Source: Catajapyx aquilonaris
Taxonomy: Eukaryota
DNA: 64,000 nucleotides
Direction of reading: 5' to 3'
Assembly (NCBI GenBank): GCA_000934665.2
Contig: KZ537997.1
Coordinates: forward strand, 1 to 64,000
The notes below the pieces were generated by a model. It did no database searches and was not told the DNA's origin. It saw only the letters and a list, made by a program, of their open reading frames with translations. Positions 50,201 to 63,074 of the stretch are shown here, piece after piece (the first letter of the stretch is position 1; each line of letters begins with the position of its first letter). The translations under genes were made by a program, and so were the position numbers.

Positions 50201-53200
50201 TGGCGGGGTGTTTATGCAGCGGCTGAGTAGCCCACACCCTATGTTGGTCATGAGGTGAAAGCACTATTGTAATACCCCGTGTCTAACACCGGCCCTATCT
50301 GAGAAATGTCGCAAATGTGGCATTAAGACAATAGGGGTAGCCCCTGCCAATCTATAGAAATACTCGCATTGTACTTTTTGTGTATAGCTAAATATGGATC
50401 TTTCACATATTTCAATACTTTGATGGTATGACCTTTCCTAACGGTTGTTGTGCTCAACCTGTTGCCTTGTATGTAGTCCACATTGGCGGCTAGGGGGTTG
50501 CCAGATGGCCCCCACCATGAGGTAGGAAAAGGTCGGTGATTAATGTAAAAAAAAAAAAAAGTCACGCAGTATGTACGTCGTGGAGCCATAATGAGGGGGC
50601 CGCACGTGGGTGTAACAGTGGGGTGACGTCGGTTGTTCGATATTACGGGCAGTACGCACCTGAGTCCCGGCCAATTGGGATGGACCGGAGGTGTACTGTA
50701 CCCTAGGAATGTGTGGGTTGACGTCAACAATTTTTGCGCATCGGGAAATTGGCAAAATTTTTGTATGACCCCCACGAGGTGCCGTTACCGTACTTGCGGG
50801 CACTTGCGGGTACGGCGTGGGAAACCTGCGAGGGGTCAGAGGCCTTGTGAATTATTTGGGATGAACAGCCCATGGGCGAATAATGCATGCTGGACCTTGA
50901 ATTTGCGTAACATAATACCGCTATCGGATTCACCAAGCATGAATGATATTTTTTTTTAAAGTAACTGGTGTTGGCAGACTGAAGCAAATTGCTTGTCTGG
51001 TCAGTTATAGATAACCCCGACCCCGGGTTGACATCTGCCACCAGCTGAACCTATTCATATCCTCGTTGACATTATAAACGTGTGTCGGCTTTTGATCCAG
51101 GAATTGAGATTGGGAAATAATATAATCAGGCGGCACACATTCTTGGTGTTACACAACCAGGCAATGAGCCCCACTGTAATTACGTGTCGATTCAGTTCTG
51201 TAGGTTGTGGCCCACAATCAACGGGTGGTATGGAATGAATTTTGCATTGCCAGCTGAGTTGTAATGGTGTTATTACAAGCATTAGTTGAATCTTTCTGCT
51301 ACAGGCATCACTGGGTTATTTTAGTTGAGGCCACTAAAGAGCTCAGACCTTTGTCACCCTCTGAACAATAGTGGGGAGAAAGGGTTGCTGGCTGAATTGG
51401 GTCTGGAGGATGATCAGATGGTCCTTCCCCTCACACCCAGTGTCAATGCCATTTTATTTATGGTCCACCCACACTGTGCCAAGGGGACCTAAGTATCCTT
51501 CAATCATATGGATTAGGACCTTTTCTGCTCTGTTGGGAGCCTTTATTCTTGCACAGGAAATGAGCATGTGTAGGACCCTGCATGAAATGTAGGCTCTGTG
51601 GGCAATAATATTTAAATTATAATGGTCATTCAGTATCCAAATGGATGAGTTTCTTCCCCAGGGTATTAGCGGTAATGGGTGTGGGAAGGAGAGAAAAACT
51701 AGACCTTGAGAAAAAAATCTTGATGCTGTTCATTGTGGAATGTTCCCGATGGAAGCATGCAGACAGAGCAAAGAAATGGGAAGGGATCCTGAGGAACATG
51801 TGGTGCTGAAGAGTAGGCAGTTTTATTTTCAGTCAGATTCTCCCACCTATTTGTAGTCGCAAGCGCTGCGCCCTAAATCCCCTAGGGGGAACTTGGCTCT
51901 TGGTAATGAACTACTTGGCTTGCAGTCTGCGTACAGTTTTTGTTTTTGACTATTTTTATGTTGTGTTACTGAAAATCACTTTTGTTACAGGAATTCTTAC
52001 AGATATCCAGAGCTACTACCACATAGGCAATGATGAAGGTGGCTTGCTTCAAACAGCATTCATTATCAGCTACATGCTTTTTGCCCCCCTTTTTGGCTAC
52101 CTTGGTGACCGCTACAGTCGCAGGGCCATCATGGCTGTTGGAGTGTTCCTTTGGTGCCTCACAACTCTCTTGGGCTCTTTTATGGAAGTAAGTAGGCTAC
52201 CTAGCGAAGGATTGTGGTTAGAACTGATCGCAATAATTTCAAGTTCCTAATAATATTTGCTGAAAAGTTAAGCTTAAAGTTTTGCCACCTTTCCAACTTC
52301 ACGTGGCTGCATTAGAGAACGTTTTGTATAATTTGTTATGCCAATACTAGGAAATGCTCAATTAGAAGGATTTTAAAATGGTCCTAACACCTTCTGTGGC
52401 CATTTGAAGTTTGAGAAAGTTGTTTCAAATACAGAGTTCTCAGTTGGAGATTTCAGTAGGTAAAAAAGCTGGTTTAATTTATTTTTTTTTCTAGTAGGCT
52501 ATAGGAACACCCTCTTTAAAAATTATTTTGATTGGAGCCAATAACGATCCTGGAAGGGATCCTTTCATATTGGCACGCAAAAGTAAGGAAAAAATTGCAA
52601 TTGCTTGATGACTTCTAAGTTGCACTTGACATGAAGAAATGAAGCTAATTTTGTCCTCAAGTGGAGAGCAATGAGTTAATTGCTGCAAGATTGCACATAC
52701 TTTGGGCAATATTGACCTTAAGAGTAATGATGTGTAAGTGACACTTGCACTCTTGGCCATGACATTGAAGATAAATGGTTGTTGTCCCCTGGGCGACTAG
52801 AGGAAATTGTGCCAACAGGAGGAAAAAAGTGCTTCCCAGAACATGTCAGGAAATAAACATCAATCCATATAATTATGTTGAAATTTTAAATAAAATGCTG
52901 AAGCATCCTGGTGGAAATGGCCAACCTAAGGAATTTGTACCATGGTCAATGAGCCCTTCAATCCAAGCCTGATATTATATCAGATATTGCAGTTAGTGTT
53001 AATCATGAGGCCTGTCATTGGATTGGATGATTAATTTGTCCTAAGGAGAGGGATGATAAAGGATCCAGCATGTGTTGAAGTGACCTTATAAAAATATACA
53101 CCTAGGACTCTGTCTACCAGTCATGACAATAATTTTTTTTGTTAATTTCAGCAATTTGAGTGGTTTTTGGTGTGCCGTGCTCTTGTTGGGATTGGAGAGG

Positions 53201-56200
53201 CCAGTTATTCCACCATTGCACCTACCATCATCAGTGACCTTTTTGTGAAGGATGTTAGGTCCAAAATGTTGGCCATCTTCTACTTTGCAATTCCAGTGGG
53301 ATGGTAAGACACCCTCCTTTCAAATTTCATTTTGTGACAACTAGATGGGAAAGGAAGTGGGCAGAAGAATGAGATTGCATGCGGGCAACACTTGGGAGTT
53401 GAGAGCCACACATTCCCAGAATTTAGCATCCTAATTCATTCATTCTGTGTGAGAGCTTGAGGAGGTTTAAGAGTCAAATTGAAGTTCTGAGTTCAACTCC
53501 TAAGGCTAAACTTGTTGTTTAGGAATCATCAGAAAATATTATTGTCAAGCAGAAAGTTGTTTTACTTCTTGATAATATGACACTGATGGTGGGGCTGTTG
53601 TTTAGAAGATAACATTAATGCTGGTTTTTCTTTCAGTGGATTGGGTTATATAATTGGTTCTGAGACGGCACATGGAGTTGGCCAGTGGCAATGGGGTCTA
53701 CGAGTGACGCCAATCATGGGTGCAATTGCCGTTCTTTTAATTTTGATGGTGATGATTGATCCTCCCCGTGGAGAGAGCGAAGGTGCCAACCTGAGGGTCA
53801 CCTCTTGGGGAGCTGATCTATGGGCCTTGATTAGGAAGTCAGTACATTCGACATTTTTTGTTTATACTAATGAAGTAACAATGACATTTTTTTCTCATGC
53901 CCACAGCAAGAGCTTCGTTTTCTCAACCTTGGGATTCACATGTGTGGCTTTCGTGGCTGGAGCACTATCATGGTGGGGTCCAACTGCCATCTACTATGGT
54001 CGAATATCACAACCTGGGATGGAGGATACAACACAGAACTCGTATGTTTGTTTTCTTTTCAATGTTACATGTGCACTGTCTAAATTGAATGTTGAAGTAA
54101 TATATGCTATGCATGACTGGAATATTGTTTTTTAGCAGGTTTTTAGCATTTTGTGGAAATGAGAAGGCTTGTGCAGGGTGTATACTGATTTAAAAACACC
54201 CATTGTCATCAGTGTCATCTGTCTTCGTTTAGTGTGTATGTAAAGTGATTGATGAGGAGCCTGAGATTCCTTTTGCCAGTATTTTTAGGTTTCTCAAACC
54301 ATCTCCTGTAATGAACCAAGAGCAGTATCCTTGGAATAAAACATACAAATAATGGCACTTCAAGTTACCATTAAAAAGTGTAGATGCAATGTACCAGAAG
54401 TACCATTATTTTGAAGTTTAGTGTTGCTTCCATTCAGTCTCATAAGTCCAAGTGATATCTCACTGCTCAATTAACTTATCATGATAATAACTGAATTGTC
54501 CCTTTCATGTCAAATACAAATGGGACTTCCATTTTTGTTACCTGATATAGATTCTGATAATTCCCTACATTCAAAAGCTGCACATGCACACAGAAGCAAT
54601 GGGAAATCCGAGTAATTATTATTTATGGAATGAATTGGTTATATGTATAACATATGAAACATAAATTATATCTCGATTCATATCAGTCGAAATGTTACGT
54701 ACTGTCTGCTAAGTCCTGTTGACTCAGCATTACACTGTACTCTCGATTATCCAGGCTAATGGCTGCAAGGGTGTCGCCGAAAATCGGAAAACCCAGATAA
54801 TTGGAAAATGCTCCTAGATACCGTTAAATGCTCTATTCACAGGTTTTTAATGAATGACTGTACATACTGTAATTTGCTTTCAATAAGATTGAATCCAAAT
54901 TAGAAAAGTTTCCATAGACTTTTAGTTTGACTTCTGAAAAAATTCTTATAATTTCTTTGTTAGTGAGAAAAATTGGCATTTTTTCGGACTTTGTTTTAGC
55001 CATGCATGGATAATCCGAAACACGGATAATCCACACCCAGATAATTGGGATTACAGTGTATATGGAAAGTTGTGCTATCAGCACTATTATTCAGAATACT
55101 TTCACATCCTTTTCTTATGGGAGAGTGTCCACAGTAATACTCTGCTGGTAGCACATACTATTGGAAGCTCATGAAATGAGCTTTTCACCACTGTGTATCA
55201 TCAGTTCAAAAAGTTCTTTTTGCACTGTTGATACATAGTTTTGGTCATGCTTGACAGTGGGGTACCGAGAGAGTGGAAATGAAGATCTGTGAAAATTGAT
55301 ATGGATCTGAGCTGATTTTGTTTCATGGGCAATCTACATATTATGTGTTTATGTCCCTTTTGTAAGGGTTGAGTTTTCCTTGTTTTTATGTTCTTTGCTG
55401 CTATGTTTGGTCTGAAACGCCTTTTGTGTTAGTGGTGCAGAGACGGATTATTGCTGTGACAAGCACTTAAAAATTATTCAGATCATCTGTAGTCAGGAAA
55501 AATACCTTATCTGGAATGTGCAGTAAGGTTGTCTCCATTATTAAAGTACTGTGGCTGGAGTGCACTACAACCAGTGCCGGATTTACCAAGAGGCAGAAAA
55601 AGCAATTGCCTAGGGGCGACCACCGTCCGGGTGGCTATCATAAGCTGGAATATAAATTTTTTAAATTACGTTAAATAAAATAAAGGCGAAAACACAATGG
55701 AAAAATTGAATTTTTAAGCAGCATACTTGGGGATGGATCTCAATTGCCTAAGGGTGGTCAGGGGGTAAATCCAATGCTTACTACAAGTACAATAGTCTAA
55801 TGGCAGTAAACTACTACTATTGACCTCGCTGCACATATCCAATGTGGCATTTTTCCTGATTTCACAGCTATGTGGAAGGCATGTGTCATTACATGATTGA
55901 TCAACATGTAACAGTGTATCCATTGATGAGCCATTTTCAAAGTTAAAACTGCTTACCTACCTTGGAAGAATTGGAAAAAATAATCAAACTTCTTGATGAG
56001 TTAATTGGGTAGGGAACAGTTTTCTCCAGGAGGTAATATCCATTCCTGCACGTGCATATAATGGCTGGATGTCAGATTTTGAAAAGGGAACGTGTAGAGA
56101 TTTTTCACTAGCCACATGGCAACTTTCAGTTTCACATTTTCTATGTGAAAACGTCAACCTAATTTGTGGCACTTTTCAAATTGAAGATTTACTTGTTTGT

Positions 56201-59200
56201 AACACTGAGATTGTTGCTGCTTTAATTAACCTTCTTTTCTTTCCATCCCCAATTTCTTCACCCCACCCCTTTCAGCATATCATACATCTTTGGCATCGTA
56301 ACCATGTTGGCAGGATTGTTGGGTGTACCTGTAGGATCATACCTGGCCCAGGTTCTACGAGTTCGCTACCCAAGGGCAGACCCGCTCATATGCGCCTTTG
56401 GCCTCTTGGTCAGCACCCCTTTCCTGTTTCTGGCCATGATCCTAGGTGATACCAACACAGATGCTGCCTTTGCCCTGATCTTCTTTGGCCAGTTTTTTGT
56501 CAACATGAACTGGGCCATCGTGGCTGATATCCTGCTGGTATGCAAAAGTTGATTTATTCTTGTTCCCAAACTGTTGCAGAGTGGCCTTGATTTGCGGAGT
56601 AGTGGTAATGTGTGCAGGGCTGGTGGGCGTCCCTCTTGGGTCGTGGATGGCCTCATACCTGAGAACCAGAAGTGGCCCTCGGGCAGATGCAGTGGTGTGT
56701 GCCTTGGGAATGGCAGTATCCCTGCCCCTGCTGCTCCTGTCCCTCGCCACCCCGCAGTACAGCACGACCGCTTCCTACTGCTTCATGTTGCTTGGCTTGA
56801 TTGCGCTTAACCTTAACTGGGCTATTGTGTCTGATATCTTGTTGGTAAGCTCAGTTTGACCTGCCCACACAGTAGAGAGAAATGCAAGCTACCTTTTTAA
56901 AAGCCAACATGATATTGTGTTGTATTGCATTGCAATAATTATACTTGGTCATTACAATGGGAGGGGGAATTAGTTGTCCACTAGCCTCAGAAGTGGTAGC
57001 GGTGTTGCACATAGGTGTTGTACTAGATCAGTGTAACCTGGTGTAACTTATTAATTGAATGCATGATATTTTTGCTCATAATTTATGGCATTAGTGATTG
57101 AAGATTAGTGTTGCGTAAAAGTCCAGCTGCTGAAGAGTTGGTGCAGGTATTGAATATTTCGTTTTATTGAATCACATTACATTGGGCATTACATGCCAAT
57201 CTGCTGATTGAGCAGTTGTCAACAAGGATGCTACATCTATTGTGGCTGGTGGACTTGCATTGTTTCAACTTAATGCCTTACGTTGACATGGCACAAGAAG
57301 CTATATAGTAAAAGGGTAGCTTGTTATATTAATCACACCTGTACAGGGGTGTTTTACAATTTGTAGGTCAGTTTTGTGAGGAGTTTTGTCTAGTGTTGGG
57401 GTATGTACACAAATATTTGAAGAATTTAAATTTTTATTCACTGTAGATTAACATCTCTGGTATTGGGAACTCATGACATGCCACTTTATATTCCAAAAAG
57501 TTTGCTATCTTTAGTATGCATTATCTCTTCGTGAAGCATTTAGCATACAACTTGCATTTTTGAATGCGGTATCTGGAGAAAATACTGCCCTACCAAACAT
57601 TCAGACTCGAGTCTAAAGAATGCAACAAATGATTACAGAAAATCACTCTTTACATCCTATGATTTTTTTTCCTTTTGTGATAGGCCTCAGGCATGTCGGA
57701 TTAGTCTTGAAAATTCAAATCCAAGTTATGCACACCTTGATTACAGTGCCCAAATACTGGTACTGCTTTTCAAAACTACACTCAAAAATCTACTTGTGTG
57801 AGTGCCCCACCAGTGAACTTATGGGGAGGAAAATAACACTTACCTGCATGTTGAGCTGTCCCGCCTGACCTTAGCAAACCTTGCATGCATTAAGCCCGAT
57901 GCTTGCCAACACGTGTACATATCTGTTGCCTGTATGTTATGCCTTACCTGTTGCATGTTGTATGTTGCATGTGTAGTTTGCACTGTTGTACTACAAGCAC
58001 TAGGTTTGGGTCTGGCTTGCATTTCAATTGGCCACTCAGCTGTCCTAATGGGGTAACATAACCTTTTCCTTTGTTACATTGTTGAATTGGAGTCAGGGAG
58101 GAACTAATTGTAAATGGGATGATAATTACAAAAATAGAAATCAACTGGTTTCAAAAGTACAATAAGTTTTGGAGTGGGCAGCCACGCGTCAGGATGAAAG
58201 GAACCAGTTAACTGGTTCCTTTCATCCTGACGCGTGGCTGCCCGCTCGAAGCGATGGGACAATTCTTTTTGAACTGTTGATACACCCATCTCCTGCTTTA
58301 TGGACACCATTGACGAATTTAAAAAGTGGGGTTTACACTGCAGTTTAAATCCTGCATCTAGTAGCAAAGATGGAGTTTAACCTGAGATAGGGTCTAACAG
58401 GGTTGTTAGACCTGCTCCAGGGATGCTTCACTGTTTCACTGGATCATAATATATAAACCCCTGGCTAAATATGCTGCAAACCTGAGTAATGATCAGGTTG
58501 TTGTAGACTTTTTTATCATTTCAATTGCTTGCCAAATCAAGTAACTGTACTCCCGATTATCCAGGCTAATGGCTGCAGGGATGTCGTCCCAGTGAAGCAT
58601 TTTCAATGTATCTGTGCCACCCACACATTAAATGCAGAAAAAAATTTGCATTACAGATTGACTCCATTATAGATGGGTGTCCCTTCATTGTGCAAGTGCT
58701 TAACTGATATTTGTCTGTAATGTGATTCTTGCTTTCTCCAGTATGTAGTTATTCCAACCAGGAGATCGACAGCAGAAGCTTTCCAGATACTCGTATCCCA
58801 TTTATTTGGTGATGCTGGAAGCCCATATCTTATAGGCATGGTAAGCCCATTTTTCAAACAGTTCATTAGTTCAGTTGGTCACTTCATGTCCTAACTCAAG
58901 GGTTGGATGCTGCACAGCCAGGCTTTAATTTGTTAGAGTAAACGTGTTACCCTTCATTAGCACCAACCCAAGTTTGGTGATGGAGTGTATAAACACTATG
59001 AGTATGTGTGTGACAAACATACACATATCTAAATTAATAAGTTTAATCTAAAATGGATCACCATATAATCATGTTCTAAATAGTATGAAGTAGAGGATTT
59101 GTTGGAACCTGACATTGCAGGCTGAAGGCCATCCAAGTACCAGTGAAGTTATTGAATATTTGTTTTCAGGTGTCAGTATTTATTCAGGCAATGCTGAAGT

Positions 59201-61264
59201 CACAGCACATGGCCGTGTCCAGCACATTGATGCCCAACACTACATTAGCTAGTGTTACAAATGCTACTTTATTAGCAACTGAAGTTACCACCGAGGCTTA
59301 CCTTACCGGTGCCTCAACCACAGTCTCACCAGCTATTGAGTACAAGAGCCTGGAGTATGCGTTATTTATCACCTCATTTGTGGAACTCCTGGGTGCCGTC
59401 TTCTTCTTCATCACAGCCTATTACTTGCTGGACGATAAGAACAAAGCGGACAGGATAATTGCCAGTAAGTAACTGTTCATGGTTATAACCACTCCTCTTC
59501 ACAGTGATCAATTTTGCAATGTCTGAATCTTCAGAAGAAGAGACTCAGGAAATGAAGCCACTGCCGAAAGAAATAACGTCCATTTAGAATTGGTCAGTTG
59601 GGGTCAGAGTTCAAAATTAACTGGTTGCGGATTTTATCAGCACATTATGTAGATACTTGACAGAAGTGATACACAGAGTTCAAGCTTCCCAGTATTTAGG
59701 TGGCACCAGAGTTGAGGAGGTTTTCTGCACAATATTAGTGGATGTAAATAATTGGCTCCTGTAATTTGTGCTAGTTATTGACAGGTTTTCTTAGACAACT
59801 CTAAGTAAAGATATTGAAGTCTGCCTTATGGGTGATATGATATGCCATTCAGGGAAAACCTGAATTTGTACAGTTATGACTGTCTACTTTGCTGGAAAGC
59901 TTCTCACTCAAACTGGTCTGGGGTAACCTTTACTAATGTAAGATAAATCTGATGTCAAAAACCACTTGAAGACCACATTATATTATAGTCGATATATAGC
60001 CTCTTGCCTACACACTCATATATTGAGCTTTTGAGTGTTCCTCCGAGATACAGGCCAGCTCAGATAAAAACTAACTCCTGAATAAGAACTTGATAAGCGG
60101 TTAATTTTTGCTGCTTTTCATAATCAATGTGTTTGTTTTCGATCAATTTTTAACAATATTCGAGGTTCATACATTAGCTCACATCTGTATTGGTTTAATC
60201 TCACATATATGGAATTTATTTCCTCCTGTTGCCTCACTTTTAGTTTTGGAAGGGAGTTACATGGTTGGAAAGCCATTTTTGGTATTTTCAATGACATGTT
60301 TCCACATGAAACTTGAAGGTGAGGTCAGACGCAAGTGGAAATAAAAATGTCCACAAGATTTTTACTATCACAGATAGATGTGAGTTAACATATGAGATAC
60401 ATGGTACATACTCATATAATTATGTACAGTACATAGGGGGTTGATCTGACAGGGCTTTTCAACTGATTGTCATCCCGTGGGTGTGCATTGGGAGTAATGA
60501 GGCAATAGGGAAAGCAAATGGGGGGAGTCCTGAGGGGGTCAGGACGACAGCAAAAAGTATTGCATATGGCACCCCGCACTTAACTCCTGCTAGGAAGTGG
60601 TCAGTACTAATTTAAAAAATAATAAGCTGATAAAGCATAAAGATGTGGTTTTTGGTGATTTTTGACATGGTTTTAAATTTTGGTAAAATCAGATAGTTGT
60701 GGTATTATGATTAACGATATTTTACTATTGGTGCATTAACATGGTGGGTGTTACATGTTCAACAAACTTAAATGTGCTCTTTAAATTAAATACTGCATAA
60801 AAACTTGGCACATTTATAAATATTAGCAACAGAGGTTTTTGGTGTGGATGAAGCTTGAACCATACATGTAATTTCTGCTGGAGAAAGTGTACAGTGTTGG
60901 ACATTAATTGCGTCATACTGCTAGCGACATTTTCCGAAGCTGCAGAAGAAGGACTCTTTGCTTCTCTTCTGTCACTTCGGAAAATGTCGCTAGCAGTATG
61001 ACGCGATTAATGTCCAACCAGTACCAGTAACAGATGACCACTATTCCAGCAGAATCTAGTGTAGTTTATGTTGGGAATTGTTATTGTCACTTGGTGTAGT
61101 TGTCATTGCTAACTTGTGCTTGGGTTTTCTTTTTTTTTTTCCTACCCCCTGATTTCCCTCCAATCATAGATGAAGGACTTCTCAACGAGCACATGCCACA
61201 ACCCACGCATCTCTACGCAGATGACCCTTCCTACAGTGAACAATGCCAGAATCTAGTCACGTAG
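46906..61264 (+). CDS. spin: Protein spinster (SPNS-family lysosomal MFS transporter), about 602 aa; whole gene span
   Basis: Exons 46906-47278, 51991-52187, 53152-53303, 53637-53837, 53907-54041, [56276-56537 or 56580-56844], 58742-58840, 59170-59464, [59535-59587 or 61170-61264]. Signature motifs [50 protein letters not shown]. Start could be 46978 instead. Confidence 0.93.
51991..52187 (+). CDS. spin: spin exon 2
   Basis: ILTDIQ...[38 protein letters not shown]. Confidence 0.95.
53152..53303 (+). CDS. spin: spin exon 3
   Basis: [50 protein letters not shown]. Confidence 0.95.
53637..53837 (+). CDS. spin: spin exon 4
   Basis: GLGYIIGS...WQWGLRVTP...DPPRGESE...DLWALIR; AA|GTCAGT. Confidence 0.92.
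53907..54041 (+). CDS. spin: spin exon 5
   Basis: [33 protein letters not shown]. Confidence 0.92.
54733..55058. mobile_element. pogo/Tigger-like MITE; truncated second copy at about 58544-58587
   Basis: TA|CACTGTACTCTCGATTATCC...GATAATTGGGATTACAGTG|TA; repeated subterminal GATAAT. Confidence 0.8.
55572..55779 (-). mobile_element. hAT-like MITE, same family as 42822-43326, opposite orientation
   Basis: CAGTGCCGGATTTACC...TGCCTAGGGGCG...GGGGGTAAATCCA; flanks ACTACAAC / ACTACAAG (7 of 8 match). Confidence 0.8.
56276..56537 (+). CDS. spin: spin exon 6a (mutually exclusive with 6b)
   Basis: [21 protein letters not shown]...[11 protein letters not shown]...[12 protein letters not shown]; phase 2/0. 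Confidence 0.92.
56580..56844 (+). CDS. spin: spin exon 6b (mutually exclusive with 6a)
   Basis: [21 protein letters not shown]...[11 protein letters not shown]...[12 protein letters not shown]; same phase 2/0; TTG|GTAAGC. Confidence 0.85.
58176..58243. repeat. Perfect 68-bp palindrome with no spacer
   Basis: GGGCAGCCACGCGTCAGGATGAAAGGAACCAGTT|AACTGGTTCCTTTCATCCTGACGCGTGGCTGCCC. Confidence 0.95.
58742..58840 (+). CDS. spin: spin exon 7
   Basis: [33 protein letters not shown]. Confidence 0.95.
59170..59464 (+). CDS. spin: spin exon 8
   Basis: VSVFIQ...[40 protein letters not shown]. Confidence 0.92.
59535..59587 (+). CDS. spin: spin candidate proximal terminal exon 9a
   Basis: cttcag|AA in phase 1 after a 70-nt intron; [17 protein letters not shown]. 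Confidence 0.4.
60896..61018. repeat. Hairpin inverted repeat (arms of about 45-55 bp), probable MITE
   Basis: GTTGGACATTAATTGCGTCATACTGCTAGCGACATTTTCCGAAG is inverted at 60975-61018 with one mismatch. Confidence 0.85.
61170..61264 (+). CDS. spin: spin distal terminal exon 9b
   Basis: Long polypyrimidine tract then catag|, phase 1; [37 protein letters not shown] at 62253-62258. Confidence 0.7.
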
Positions 61265-63074
61265 CTGTGCCAACCAAACTGTTTCCAGTAGGATGAAAAT
61301 TATGTTTTGTTTGCTGTCCTCCTTGCATCAGCTCCTTAAAGAACACCTGAAATCAAGAGGCATCTGCAAAACAAACTGTGCCCCATATGCTGTGCTTTTA
61401 TCAGGGCAGTGGAAGAGAACGGGTTTTATAAGTTCTTGTTTGGCAAATTGTTGGGCTGGACCCGTGTGGTGGGGTGGGGTGTTAATGGACAGAAATTGTA
61501 TACAGATTTATATATTGTACAGGCCTATATATTTTGATATGTTAGTGGAGGGTATAACTGTGTTCGAATGCGGATTTTTTTTTCTTTCTGTCTGGTGAAG
61601 CATGTCTCTGTTTTTGTGTGAGCGAGTGTGGGCAAGGCCAATGACCCAGCAATAGTTCTCGCAGCTCATAGTTTTCTAGTCATTCCAATATAATTGAAAA
61701 AAAGAAAGTGTTAACTTTTCATCCACTTACGGCAAAACTGGCAAGCCAATGATTTGCCCACACTTTGCTACCAAGACTGACTTTTTGAAAGGCCAACCCC
61801 ACCCACGTCACATTCTTAACCAGAATGCTCATGTTAATCATGTACCTAAAGGGTCATGTAGGCCCCATCATGAGCGGTACTGTTTGGTTGTGCATATTTC
61901 TTAAATATTGTTTTCGTCCACATGGAGATATCCATTATAATTTATACACTTAAGACGAGAGTCTGGGAAATCAGTGCATGTTATATGTATGGCTGGTGTT
62001 TGTTTTTGGGAACCGAGATCTCAAGCATATTGTGCCTTTTTGAGAAATTTTTTGCACTGTTCTGAGGAAGTGTGCTCGTTATTTATGTCCTGCATTGTCA
62101 CAAGTCTCATGGTGATCTTTTGTAAAAAATGGGAAGCAAGTACCTCCTCCACTTCGTGTATGTTACTGGTGGAGTTTCTTTGTAACATATTTGACCTTCC
62201 CCTCGTCTTCTGTTCAAATGTGTAGTGGCTTCCATTATGTGTGAGTGAATGAAATAAATCGACTTTTTGCAGAGTAGTAGTAATTCATTTTCAACTGATA
62301 TACTCTCTAGAGTAGTGCATGTGGCATCAAAATTGCATGTATGTGTTTCTTAATGTTCTGTTTTCTAGTTATCGAACTGGAACGTAATGGTCACGATGTC
62401 AAATCTGAAGTCTGTTCAGGCACAATACCCGAGAAGCCGGAAGTGCTGTCGAATGAGAAAAGCTGTGAAAACACAAACTCAACATGAAGTCCTACACAGA
62501 GACAGCTAAATGCGTTGGTATGCTGTGATGATTCCTGAACATGGAGGGAAATTTCATGCCAGGATGTATATAAAGTGTGCAATATTATTTGGGTGACTTG
62601 AATTGTCTGTTGGGTCTCCAGAATACTTAGATTATTTAATTCATATACACCATAACATGAGTATTGTTGTTAAGTCGAATGTTACCTTCCATCATGGCAT
62701 TCCTGCAGTTTCAGGAACCGTGGCCATTAATAATACAACTTGACAGGTTCAGCAGAGCATGCTCTGCCTTCCTTTAACGTAAGCACTGGTTGGGTGCTTT
62801 TATTCCAAAAGCAAATGTAATCATGGATGCCTGTTCCCTAGTGACATGTGATACTATTAAATCAAACAATATTTGGAATGATTTGGAAGGACAAATTCAA
62901 ATGCTTGCATCAAAATTCAGAATGAATTCTTTTTCTGCATTGTTAGTATGGTACTCCTGTTTTCACAGGCTTTTGCAAGTTATCTGTACAATCGACTGAA
63001 ATTGCAGCTTGTTAAACATTTGTAATACCAGGGGTGTAATTATAGTGTAAACACAGACCTGTGTTATTCATGTA

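Noticed and set aside
59505..59534. Alternative acceptor (cttcacag|) extending spin exon 9a upstream in frame
   Set aside because: Would require a 40-nt intron, shorter than any supported intron in this window.
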